Part shown: positions 24,700-35,461 of the stretch, in pieces | How positions within the stretch are numbered: the stretch's first letter is position 1 | How the letters are laid out: each line of letters opens with the position of its first letter | Source of the DNA: Callorhinchus milii | Taxonomy: Eukaryota | Direction of reading: 5' to 3' | Assembly (NCBI RefSeq): GCF_018977255.1 | Contig: NW_024704742.1 | Span: 138,944,001-139,008,000 of the forward strand | Length of the DNA: 64,000 bases | The notes under the pieces: model-generated | Seen by the model: only the letters and a program-made list of their open reading frames with translations | Told to the model about the DNA's origin: nothing | The model's database searches: none | Program-made: the position numbers and the translations under genes

Positions 24700-24975
24700 T
24701 GAGACTATGAACACTGAATACATCTGTGTCAGCCTGCCTAATGTGGTAGCACTTTCACCTCCTCCAGAATGTGAAAATGAAAGTTTCAAAAGTGAAGATG
24801 TCCATATTTCTGGTTCCCTCCTGATCAAATCTCCAATGCATCCATTATATGTCGTGATTATCCATAGTATCATCGTAAGAGCTGCTGAAATCAGTGAGAT
24901 TCTTCGATAGTTCTCAGTTTCACTCGGGTCAACCTTCTTATTAATAGCTTTTGCTATGGCACTTTTCATATCAGC
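24700..24975 (-). mobile_element. Old non-LTR retrotransposon RT fragment, clade unclear
   Basis: KAINKKVDPSETENYRRISLIS resembles the RT domain-1 motif KKGDP...NYRPISL. Confidence 0.55.
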
Positions 24976-25321
24976 AAGACCATAGAATCTTATAGCATAG
25001 AAGAAGGCCATTTGGCAGATCGTGCTCTTTGAAAGAGCTAACAACTAGCCCCACTCCCCCTCGCCCCCTCCCTTGCCTTCTTTCAAGACCCATCTCAAGC
25101 CCCTCCTCTTCGACTGTGCCTTTGGTCACCCTCCTATTCCTATCCTCCTTCCATCGCTCCAAATCCCAACCACCAACTCGGGTGCGGATCCCAGACTGTC
25201 CAGCGACTTGGGACCTTCTCCTGATGTGAAAGGTGCTATACAAATGTTCCATAGGAACTTCCACAAGATAACAACATTTGCCTGAGGAAGAAGGTTCTTC
25301 AGCCTATCCCATGGCCTATAC

Positions 25322-25772
25322 AACAAGTTTGATTTATATAGTGCCCTCCACGCCGGACGGAGTCTCAGAGCGCTTTATAGTTTTGGATCCAGGGGGAGGG
25401 GGTGAAGGTGACCAAAGGTGCGGTCGAAAAGAAAGGCCTTCAGCAGAGACCTGAAAATGGGAAGGGAGGGAGCGAGACGAAGGGCATGAGGAAGGCCATT
25501 CCAGAGCCTCGGGGCACAGTGGCTGAAAGCACGGCCGCCGAGGGTGGAGCGGAGGACTCGGGGGACGAGGAGGAGGCTAGAACCAGGGGAGCGAAGGCAA
25601 CGGGTGCTGTTTTGAGGAGAGAGGTCAGAGAGGTCGGGGGGTGCAGAGGAGTGCAGGGGCTTGAATACAAGGGTGAGGATCTTGAAGTTGATGCTCTCTG
25701 GGATAGGCAGCCAGTGCAGTCTGGCCAGGACTGGGGGGGATCGAGGAGCGGAGCTTTGTGCGGGCCATGACC
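25322..25772 (-). mobile_element. L2 3' fragment
   Basis: LARLHWLPIPESINFKILTLVFK..GGRAFSHCAPRLWN; same subfamily as 4070-4560. Confidence 0.88.
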
Positions 25773-26268
25773 ACCCCACTCCCACACACATACATACGTA
25801 CACACCAACCATCCCCCATACACAGTAGGGTGCGTGTTCTGGAAGGATGTCACGAGATAGGCTGCTTTTCAAATGAGCCCTGAGTCCTATCCTCTACCAC
25901 TCCTCCTGGAATCCTCCAGTCAATGCGGTCCTCTCTGAATCTCTTTTCTATAAGACTGAAAAACTCGAGCTTGTCCAATCGTTGCTCACAGCTCCTTCCT
26001 CTAACACTTTGCTCTCCTGTGAAAGGTGCTATACAAATGTAACTTTGTATTATATTTGTAAAATGAAGTCGAAAATTAAAGAAATATGCTCTGCACACCA
26101 AAAAATCCTTTCAATCAATCGTTTTTTAATCAAGTAAAAATTTCTAAATACGCCCGTTCACCGATTTCTAGAAGAAAAACCACCAATTATTTACAGATAT
26201 TTTAGTAGTGTAATAAGATTGGATTCACCAACTCAATTTCTGTCAGTAGCTGCTTTGGCTATTTTAAA

Positions 26269-26478
26269 CAAAACACAAAATACTGCAGATGCTGGAAATC
26301 TGAAAACAAAAACAGAAGTGGCTGGGAACCCTCAGCAGGTCAGGCAGCTGGAGAAAGGAAAGTGAGTCAATGAGTTCTGACGAAGGGTCATGGACCTGAA
26401 ACACTGACTCACTTTCCTTTCTCCATAGATACTTCCTGACCTGCTGAGGGTTCCCAGACACTTCTGTTTTTGTTTTGC
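26269..26478. mobile_element. Penelope-type terminal mini-element, fold-back, with 12-bp TSD
   Basis: TSD GGCTATTTTAAA at 26257-26268 and 26479-26490; ~70-bp inverted arms (26304-26370 vs 26405-26475). Confidence 0.8.
26371..26411 (+). ncRNA. Minimal type I hammerhead ribozyme motif, stem III mutated
   Basis: TGAGTT-CTGACGA-A-GGGTC-ATG-GACCT-GAAA-CACT-GACTCA; stems I and II pair, but CACT replaces CGTT. Confidence 0.65.
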
Positions 26479-26504
26479 GGCTATTTTAAAGTTACTTCAG
26501 CAGA

Positions 26505-26518
26505 GCGCCCTCTGCTGG
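26505..26518 (-). promoter_or_regulatory. CTCF consensus core motif
   Basis: CCAGCAGAGGGCGC on the minus strand, an exact fit to CCASYAGRKGGCRS; binding not demonstrated. Confidence 0.55.
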
Positions 26519-26526
26519 TTTACAGC

Positions 26527-27912
26527 AACTTACATTTACACAGCGCCCTTTACACGGGGGAGCGTCCTGAAGCGCTTCATGCTGGGGGAGTCCGACAAGG
26601 AGACAGAGGGAGCAGGAGTGGGGAGGTGACCATCACCACCATCAAAAAGGAAGGTCTTTAGGCAGGATTTGAAGGTGGGGAGGGAGGGGGGAAGGCGGAG
26701 GGATTGAGGGAAGTGCAATAGCTGAAGGCACGGCCACTGATGATGGAACAGGGGCACGAGCGACAATCAGGAGGCCGGAGCCATCCGAGCAAAGGTGGTG
26801 GAGTGGGAGGTAAGCAGGTCGGAGAGGTAGGAAGGTGCCAGGGCATGAAGGGATTTGAAAACGAGTGAGAGTATCTTGAAATCGATCCGTTCGGTGATTG
26901 GGAGCCAGTGAAGCCGGGCAAGGACTGATGTGATGGGGCGAGTTTTGTGCGGGTTAGCATCCGGGCTGCGGAGTTTTTAATGAATTGCATGTTGTGTATG
27001 GTGGAGCTGGGGAGACCAGCGAGGAGGGCATTGGAATAGTCCAGGCAGGAAATGCCGAAGGCTGGCTCAGGGTTTCAGCTGCGTCAGTTGTGAAGTAAGG
27101 GCGGAGGCGGGCATTGTGGTGGAGGTGGAAAATGGAGAGTCTGAGGGAGAGCCCGAGGAGTTCAGACCCGCAGGAGAGAAGACATTGACGGAAGCCAGAG
27201 TATGGTTTCCGCCTTGTCGACATTTACCTGCAGGAAATATGCGCTCATCCAGGCTTTGATGTCCGTCAAACAGGCTGACAGGACCTCAGTGGACTGGGAG
27301 TTACAGCTGGAGGAGAAGTAGATTTGGGTGTCATCGGCATACATGGGAAAGTTGACAGCTTGTCTGTGGATGATATTGCCGAAAGGGAGCATGTAGATGA
27401 GGAAAAGGAGGAGGCCAAGAAAGGAGCCTTGGTGTACGCCGCAGGAGACCGGGCAGCGGGGAGAGGAAAAAACACTTGCTGAGATGAAGTACTGGCAGTT
27501 GGTTAAGTAGGATTCAAACTATGCGAGTGTGGTTCCACTAAGGTGGATGAGGGAGGAGAGGCGGTGGAGAAGGACAGCGTAGTCAACCGTGTCGAACGCA
27601 GCGGAGAGATCCAGTAGAACAAAGAGGCAGAGGGAGCCCTGGTCACACACAGAGAGGACATCATTTATTACTTTAACAAGCGCTGTCTCTGGACTGTAGG
27701 CTGTGCAGAAACCGTACTGGAGGGGTTCGAGAAGGGAGTGGAGGGAGAGGTGTGAGCGAAGTTGGTTTGCAACAACAGGGCTTTGGCGAGGAAGGGAAGG
27801 TTTGAAGTGGAATGGTAGTGCACGAGGTTGAAGGGATCGAGAGTAGGTTTCCAAGGAAGGGAGTGATGACAGCTGTTTTGAGGGAGAGTGGGACTGAGCC
27901 CGAGGAGAGGGT
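26527..27912 (-). mobile_element. L2 LINE 3' part
   Basis: [40 protein letters not shown]; tail at ~26527. Confidence 0.9.
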
Positions 27913-29838
27913 TTCTGTGAGTAGTTGATAAAAAGGATGGCTGTTTTAGCGATTTTAAAATTACTTCAGCAGAGTGCCTTCTGCTGGTTTACACAGGTTG
28001 TGCCAATATATTCTAACAAACTCCATTTCTTTTCACTTAAATCAACAACAACAACAAGATTCCATTTATAGAGCGCCTTTCACGTCGGGAGGACGTCCCA
28101 AAGCGCTGATCAATCCTCTGTGGTGGACTCAGTAGTCTAATCTACAAAGCACAGTTGATGACAACCCCAGACATTGACAGGACTTGGAGGAATAGACCAT
28201 TGCTGAGATGCCGTTCTTTAGATGAGGCTTTAGACTGAGGTCTTGTATATTTGCTCAGATGGACGTTAGAGATCACTTCTCGTGTTACCACCTCACTGCT
28301 TGATTCTGGACTTTGCAAATGGGCTGGAGAAAGCCTCTCTGCGACACCCCCAGGAACTAAGATCCACAACCTCCAGATAAGAAACAATAATTGGGACTCA
28401 TGACCCTTGTATCTTCCAATCACTATCTTCAGAGTCCTCTCTTGAGCTGTACAGAGCCATGATTCCACATTTGAGGGCGCTCCCCTCATGCCCCAGCGGG
28501 TGGCAGGTGCAGTGCAAAAGGCCAGAACCTGTCACATACATTCCCCACAAGAACTCAAGCCAGCCTGTTTCTTCGTGCTCAGACCTCAAGCCTCCAATGT
28601 GTGCGATACACATGCAGTGACTACTCAAAGCACCACGTTAATTGCCACTGAAATCAGTGAATTAAAGATTCTGCTTTCGTCTAATAGGTCTGCTCCCTTT
28701 GTGATCACTTTGACAGTGTCCCACTGCAGCAATGGGTGCTTTATCGGCTGTAGTTTCAGTTTTCTTTACGACCTCAGCTGCAGAAGCAAGAAAAACCTCG
28801 GCTATATCGACAGTCGTCGAGTCTGTGCTGTCAGCTCTCACACAAAATCGCAGTCAGCAATATCCCTTGCGTGGCCAAACCTTGGCACGATCACTCACAG
28901 CATAAGGCACACCAACAGGTCCAACCCAAGTCAAAGGCTCAGCACCCTGCCCTAGAAGTTTAAGTGTTGCCCTCTTAAGATTTCCCTCACAGAAGATGAC
29001 TGGTGAGTGGTCAGAGGTTTCCCAGCAACATCAAAACATTTAATTTTTATAGTGCCGTTCACAACGAACAACTCAACTGTAGAACATAGGACATTCCTAG
29101 CCACTCCACCATGTGGTCGATTGCTGTACATAAGGGTGTATATTGCTTCCCAGTTATAAAGCTAGCAGCTGTTGCTCAAACTTTTAAAAGTCACTCAATA
29201 GACAAGATGAACATTTTGTAAAACTGACCATATATACATGATATAATAATATTTGCATTTGATACAGCGCCTTATCACGTCTTTGAGAAGTCTCTTCACA
29301 GAATACACTGTAAAGTGAATTGACTGTAAATTTTGTGGGTGAAATATGTTTAGATTATAATAAGAATAATCTAAACAAAAATACACCAAGAGCTTCTCCA
29401 AAAGCCAAGTAGGAAAAGACACTCGTCAATGAAACATTAAACAATATACACGTTCGTGTAGAGGTAGCTTAACTACTACAACAGGCCTCACCATCTCCTA
29501 AACAGGAATAGGGAAAGAATATCAAAGAACAGGGTTTATGATCATGGATAAAAAGCTCATCAATACTCACAGTCTAGATCACATGTGAATAAACTAAACA
29601 AACAAATGCAAGGTATAAGAGGACACCTGTGAAATCCTTTTCCCACAAAGAGTCTACACTTCAGCAGACAAACGTGGTTCAGCAACAAATGAAACAACTT
29701 CCCTGAACTTTTTTGTTCCTGATGTGCTAACATGCTGGCAACTAAAGTTAGACAGACAATAGTTACACAAATCATTAATGTGCTGGTAACTACAATCAGA
29801 CAATACATTAATGTGGTAATTGGGTTCCATAATCCCAA

Positions 29839-29938
29839 AACAAAAACAGAAGATGCTGGGTACACTCAGCAGGTCAGGCAGCGTCTATGGAGAAAGGAAA
29901 GTGAGTCAACGTTTCGGGTCCACGATCCTTCGTCAGAA
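29839..29938 (-). mobile_element. Penelope-type terminal mini-element (100 bp) with 12-bp TSD
   Basis: TSD CCATAATCCCAA at 29827-29838 and 29939-29950; homologous to 26304-26475. Confidence 0.8.
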
Positions 29939-29940
29939 CC
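29902..29940 (-). ncRNA. Minimal type I hammerhead ribozyme motif, intact core
   Basis: GGTT-CTGACGA-A-GGATC-GTG-GACCC-GAAA-CGTT|GACTCA; palindromic AACGTT stem III. Confidence 0.7.
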
Positions 29941-30407
29941 ATAATCCCAACCTGATCTATAACGGACACAATTGTTTGCCACCCATTCCGCATTACCCCC
30001 ACACGCGCACACAGTAAATTGGCTGCTGAAAAAGGAACAACAACTTGCATTTATATAGTGCCCCTCACACAGTGTAGTGGCCCAGAGTGCTTGGAAGCCA
30101 GGAAACAACATTGATGATAACCTGATTACTGAATTAGCACTGGTACTGCTCCCACCCCCTTGAAAACAGCCCTCATTCAAAAAAGCCTTCCCTTGACCCA
30201 CCTTTTTTTCTAACTATCATCCCTCCTCCAAGCGAGTCGTTGCTTCGCACTTTCCTCTCCTGCCACTCCCTGTATGAACCTTTCCAATCTGGTTTCCGTA
30301 CTGCCCACAGCACAGCCTTGGTCAAAGTTACAAATGACACTCTGTCCAGGCTCCCTGTTTCCTTATCCTTCTCGATCTTTCTGCCACGTTCAATATTGTC
30401 GACCACT

Positions 30408-31062
30408 CATGGGAACATAGGAACAGGGGGAAGCCATTCAGCCCTTGGGAGCCTGTTCCACCATTTAATTAGATTATGGCTGATCTGTACCTCAACTAAT
30501 CCTTTCAATTCCAATTTCTCGCTTTCTCCGCATATCCCTTAATCCCTGACCTACCAACAATCTATTAACCTCACTCTTGAAGGTGTGGATGGATCCAGCA
30601 TCCATGGTCTTTTGGGGGAGAGAATACCACCCTTTGAGTGAAAAAATGCTCCTGATTTCACTCTTAAATGGCTTAGTTCCAATTTTCAGACTATGTCCCT
30701 TGTTCTGGATTCCCCACCAGAGGAAATAGCTTCTCTGTAGCTCTCCTATCAAATCCCTTTATCATCTTAAATACATCAATCAATCGCCCCTCAACCTTCT
30801 AAACTCACGAGAACACAATCCAAGTTTACGCTTCCTTTCCTCGTAATTTAACCCTTTTAGGCCTGGTAACATTCTGGTGAACCTGCGCTGCACCCCCTCC
30901 AGGGCCAATATCTTTCCTGAGGTGTGGTGCCCAAAACTGAATGCAGTCTCCAGAGGGGGTCTGACTAACGCTCTATACTGTGAAGCTGAAGCAGCATTTC
31001 TTCCCCTTTGTATTCCAGGCCTGAGATAAAGCCAACATCCCATTCGCCTTTTTGTTTACTTC
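30408..31062 (-). mobile_element. CR1 3' fragment within a plus-strand L2 fragment (30180-30407, 31065-31150)
   Basis: YRALVRPPLE..LEGVQRRFTRMLPGLKGLNYEER..RRLRGD. Confidence 0.85.
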
Positions 31063-31619
31063 ACTCTATTCTTCTCCACCGCCTCTCCTCTCAGATTCAC
31101 CTTCATGGTTCTGTCCTTGCCTGGTTTCAATTTTACCTTGCTCATCATCTACACTTTGCTTTGATTTTTAAGTAAATATTGGGGTCTGCACCCCAATCTC
31201 GCTATACAAAAAAGTCTGCGTTTATAACAAAGTGTATTACAACTGGGTTCTACTACAGAAATTGTTATGCTGAAAGCTAATTAGACAGTAGCGCTATACA
31301 ATTTGTGAATGTGCTGATGACTAATAATCCTTCCTAAGTGAAAGGGCTTGTTGAGTTTAATAGTATTTCTTCACATCTGAAATAATAACAATAATCCTTA
31401 AATTTGATATATCGCCCTATGAAGCCTTCAAGATGTCTCAAAGTGCTTCACAGAATATACTAGAAAGTGAAAAGTGAAAGCGGTTTCTAGGAAGAGCAGA
31501 GAAAGTGCTAACAATGTTTATGACAACTGATATAGTTATAAAACCTCTTAAACAAGGACAAAGTGTTGATGCTGATCATTTCCTTATGGGAATCAAGAAC
31601 AGGAAACTGAAAGTAATCA

Positions 31620-31957
31620 GAATAATAAATAATAATAATCTCTGTATTTGATATAGGACCTTATCACGTTTTCGAGATTGTAAAGTGAATTGACTGTATA
31701 TTTTTGTGGGCAAAACATGGCAGCCAATTGTGCATAGCCGTATCCCACAAACAGGCATGGATTGAGTGACCATTTTTTTGAAGGGATTATTAAAGCGATC
31801 CACCAATCGACTAACAACCGGGTTCTGACTTACTGCTAGGTAAACAGAAGCATGTGGAGTAAGGAAACTTGCTCAACATTTCACCCTGCCTGGGAATCAA
31901 ACCCAGGTTCTCTCGCTTGGAGTAAAGTGCTCTAACTACTGCGCTACAGGACTTCAC
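31620..31957 (-). mobile_element. tRNA-derived SINE, long subfamily
   Basis: Head at ~31955, tail at ~31620. Confidence 0.88.
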
Positions 31958-32041
31958 ATTAAACAGTCAAACTGCTACATAAATTATAAGACACATAGCT
32001 GTGTTAGCATTTACGACACAATGGGATATACATGTACTTAC

Positions 32042-32105
32042 AATCTGTGAGGCTAGCAATCCCAGCGAGTGTTGTAATGGGAACATGAGGCATATCCCCA
32101 TTCAT
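32042..32105 (-). CDS. NIPBL: NIPBL first coding segment (exon 2; whole exon 32042-32186)
   Basis: AGG ATG AAT GGG GAT ATG...ACA GAT T|gtaagt; 64 coding nt; MNGDMPHVPITTLAGIASLTD, the conserved NIPBL N-terminus (MAU2-interacting region). Confidence 0.98.
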
Positions 32106-32186
32106 CCTGAAGTTGCAGAAATGGTGGCTTCTGTTCAGATAGTTCAGTTTAGGTCCCAGCAAACCTCAGTTCACATCTCCCAGACA
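32106..32186 (-). other. NIPBL: NIPBL exon 2 5'UTR portion
   Basis: Acceptor ttttttttacgcag|TGTCTGGGAG at 32187/32186. Confidence 0.85.
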
Positions 32187-32754
32187 CTGCGTAAAAAAAA
32201 GTCATCAATAACTTTTCCTTATACAGCAACATGTTTCACATTCACTAAACAACACACATCAGAAGGTGGAAAACTCCTGACAAATTCTATGGGCTGTGTC
32301 CACATATTGAGATTTCAGTGGAAGCTTTCAGTCCATTTGTCAAATAAATTTGACACATTAATGATATTTAACATGAGGCACAATTGCTTAGAAAAGTATA
32401 TACATACTACAGTTTACCAACAATTCTTTTATACAGACTGGAAACAAAACCTGTTTGAGTACTTATGGTAACCACATAACATCATGCCTCCAGCCTCAGA
32501 GTTGGAGTTGGGGGAAGAAGTTCTGGTGGGATTGTGCCTGATCTCTATTATCTCTTTAAAACAAGGTCACACGATTCAGACGGATAATAAAAGCTTCTGT
32601 GTGGCTAGAGAGGTTCTCATGAGCTTGGTGTCCTGGCAAATTCCTCACTTATCTAAATTCAAATTCACCCTCAAATACTTCAGATTAATTTACCACCTAT
32701 GGCAGCGGATACAAAACTAGCTGGGAGACAGAAAGCAGAGATTTGTGGTGAGTA

Positions 32755-33915
32755 TGAGGAGGGAACTAGGTGAGGTGGAACAGAGTGAGAATTTATGTTA
32801 AGGAATTTGGTGAGATTGAGAATTATTGTTAGCAAAATAGAAGCCCACGGTATTAAAGGGAAGTGGCAGCGGATACAAAACTAGCTGGGAGACAGAAAGC
32901 AGAGATTTGTGGTGAGTGGCTGTTTTTCTGACTGGACGGAAGTGGTGTGGTGCAGTGATGTCGCCCAGGGATCAGTATTGGGAACATTGCTGTTTTTGAT
33001 TGATATAAATGACCTGGACTTGGGTATAGGGAGTATAATTTCCAAGTTTGCAGATGATACTAAGCTAGGAAAAGTAGTAAACAGTGAGGAGGATAGTAGC
33101 AGACTGCAAATGAACATAAACAAGCCTGGTAAAATGGGCAGACATGTAGCAGATGACGTTTAACGTGGAGAAATGCAAAGTGATGCAGTTTGGGAAGAAG
33201 AATTAGGAGAGACTGATATAAGCTGATGGTACAATCTTAAAGGGGGTGAAGGAACAGAGAGACCTGGGGGTTCAAATAAGTAAATCTTTGAAGGTGGCCG
33301 GACAGGTAGATAAAGTTGATTTTTAAAAAATCACATGGGTTACTAGGCTTTATAAATAGGGGCATTGAATACAAGTCAGGAAGTTATAATGAACCTTTAT
33401 ATAAAACACTGGTGGGGCCTCAGCGAGAAACTGGGTTCAGTTCTGGGCCCCACACTTTAGAAAGATATCAAGGCATTGGAGAGGGTGCAAAGGAGATTAA
33501 CCAGAATGGTACCAGGAATGAGGGACTTCAGTGATCAGGAGAGGTAGAGAAGCTAGAATTATTCTCCTGGGAGCAGAGAAGGTTAAGAGGAGGCTTAATA
33601 GAAGTTTTCAAAATTATGAGGGGATTCGATAGGATGAACAAGAGAAACTATTTCCACTGGCGGTGGGTCAGGAACCCGAGGGCACCGGTTTAAAATAATT
33701 GTTAAAAGAAACAGAGGGGAGGAGAAATTTCACACAGCGAATTGTTCGGATCTGGAATGCATTGCCTGAAAGGGTGGTGGAAGCCGATTCGATAACAACT
33801 TTTAAGAGAGAAGATAATTATTTGGGCAGAACAAGTTTGCAGGGCTATGGGGAGGAACGCGGGTGAGTGTGATTGATTTGGGTAGCTCTATTCAAAGAGC
33901 CGGAACAGACGCGAT
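32755..33915 (+). mobile_element. CR1 element: 5'UTR-like segment fused to the 3' 1.1 kb of ORF2
   Basis: VSKIEAHGIKG, QGSVLGTLLFLIDINDLD, SKFADDTKLG; 32755-32825 resembles the reverse complement of 9975-10030. Confidence 0.8.
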
Positions 33916-34440
33916 GTTTTAAGAATAATATTTGTTTTAAAATTATATCATAGAATCACAGAATTTTACAGCACAGAAGGAGGCCATTTTGGACCATCGT
34001 GTCTGTGACAGCTCTTTGAAAAGAGCTGAGAATACAGTATATAGTTTTGGACACCACGTGTCAAGTGACTGCCAGGATGGTGGAAAATGAACTAGATGGA
34101 CCTCGATCTTCTTTCACCAGCAAATTCTTATGTTTTGGTATGTGAATACTTTTATATTCCAACAAATGAATCAATCAAATCAAGAATCTAAATACAATGT
34201 TAAAACTAAATACAAAATGTGAATTCTCACATTTAAGATTGAGAACTTGTAGATATCATGACTAGTAATCACAAAGAAAATCTGCCACCTTGTTACAGAA
34301 TGTGATGATTTTATTAATCAAAATCATGGTTGAACCAGCCAATCAATGGTTGGGCAGCAAGGCAGCCCAAAGCTTTCAATGGCATTTTTGTTGCCAACTA
34401 CTGACCCCTGCCACTTCACAGAAAATTATTAAAAGGGAAG

Positions 34441-34770
34441 GGGCAGCCTGACGGTGTATTGGATAGAACTGTAGTTTAGGGAGCAGGAACTCGCAGGTTC
34501 CAATCCTGTCTACGATGAGTTTGGGTCTCAGCTGAGCTAATTATCCTAAATTAGTCCTGACCTCCCAGTGACAGGGAGGGAAACAGCCACGGTACCTGTT
34601 CCTGATAGTCTTCAGCAGCCTCTATTGGTTGTATGAAATGTAGCAGCAGATAGGGAGGCAGTAAGTTATGAGTGGTCTGTCTGCTGATGGTCAATGCGAA
34701 GGTTCACACATGAATAATGGCCAATTAGGTGGGGTAAAGGAGTGCAGTCAATACCCTTGGAGCTGCACAA
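34441..34770 (+). mobile_element. Ancient tRNA-headed SINE, AmnSINE2-like
   Basis: GGGCAGCCTGACGGTGTATTGGATAG head; AGGGAGGGAAACAGCCA..CCTGTTCCTGAT; CACACATGAATAATGGCCA; resembles recalled AmnSINE2 consensus. Confidence 0.5.
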
Positions 34771-35461
34771 TAATCCCCCAAAATAAAGTGATTGCACTCA
34801 CTTCGTGGCTTTTTTGTGGGAAATTCCTGTGTGCCAATTAGTTGCCCTGTTTGCATACAATAGTCACTGTTACACTTCACAGTAAAATCCTGTGAAGGAC
34901 TTTGAGATGTCTTGATGACATAAGGTCATATATCAAATGTGATTAATAAATTGATAGTTCAGGCTTAAGGACAAATAAACAGTTAAGTAACAACCATTGT
35001 TATGGAGGAAAAGGGAAAATTGCCAAGACAGAAAGCAGTTTCTAGGAAGAGCGGAGGAGCTAGCAATATTTATGATAACTGATAAGAGTTTAAAAAGCTC
35101 TTAAACAAGGACAAAGTGATCATTTCCTTGTGGGAATCAGGAGAGGAAACTGAAATAAGTCATAATTATAATTAATAATAATTATTGCATTTAATATAAC
35201 GCCTTAACATGTCTTCTAGACATCTCAAAACACTTCACAGAATACACTGTAAAGTGAAAGTGAATTGACTGTATAATTTATGGGCAAAACGCAGCAGCAA
35301 ATTGCACACAGCAATGTCCCGCGAAGTTGTGGATTTGAGTGCAAGGTGTCAACTGCACTCTGATACAGTTTCCAAACAGCCATTCTTCAACAGTTAAAGC
35401 ACGGATGAGGAATACTAACTGACTAAGGAAAGTTGCCCAACAAAATTGAAGAATGATACAG

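Noticed and set aside
28488..28955. 155-aa ORF
   Set aside because: No recognisable domain or splice context; adjacent sequence (YRAMIPHL-like) suggests very old CR1 debris.
32001..32471. 156-aa plus-strand ORF over exon 2
   Set aside because: Antisense shadow of the NIPBL exon with a GTG start and no recognisable similarity.
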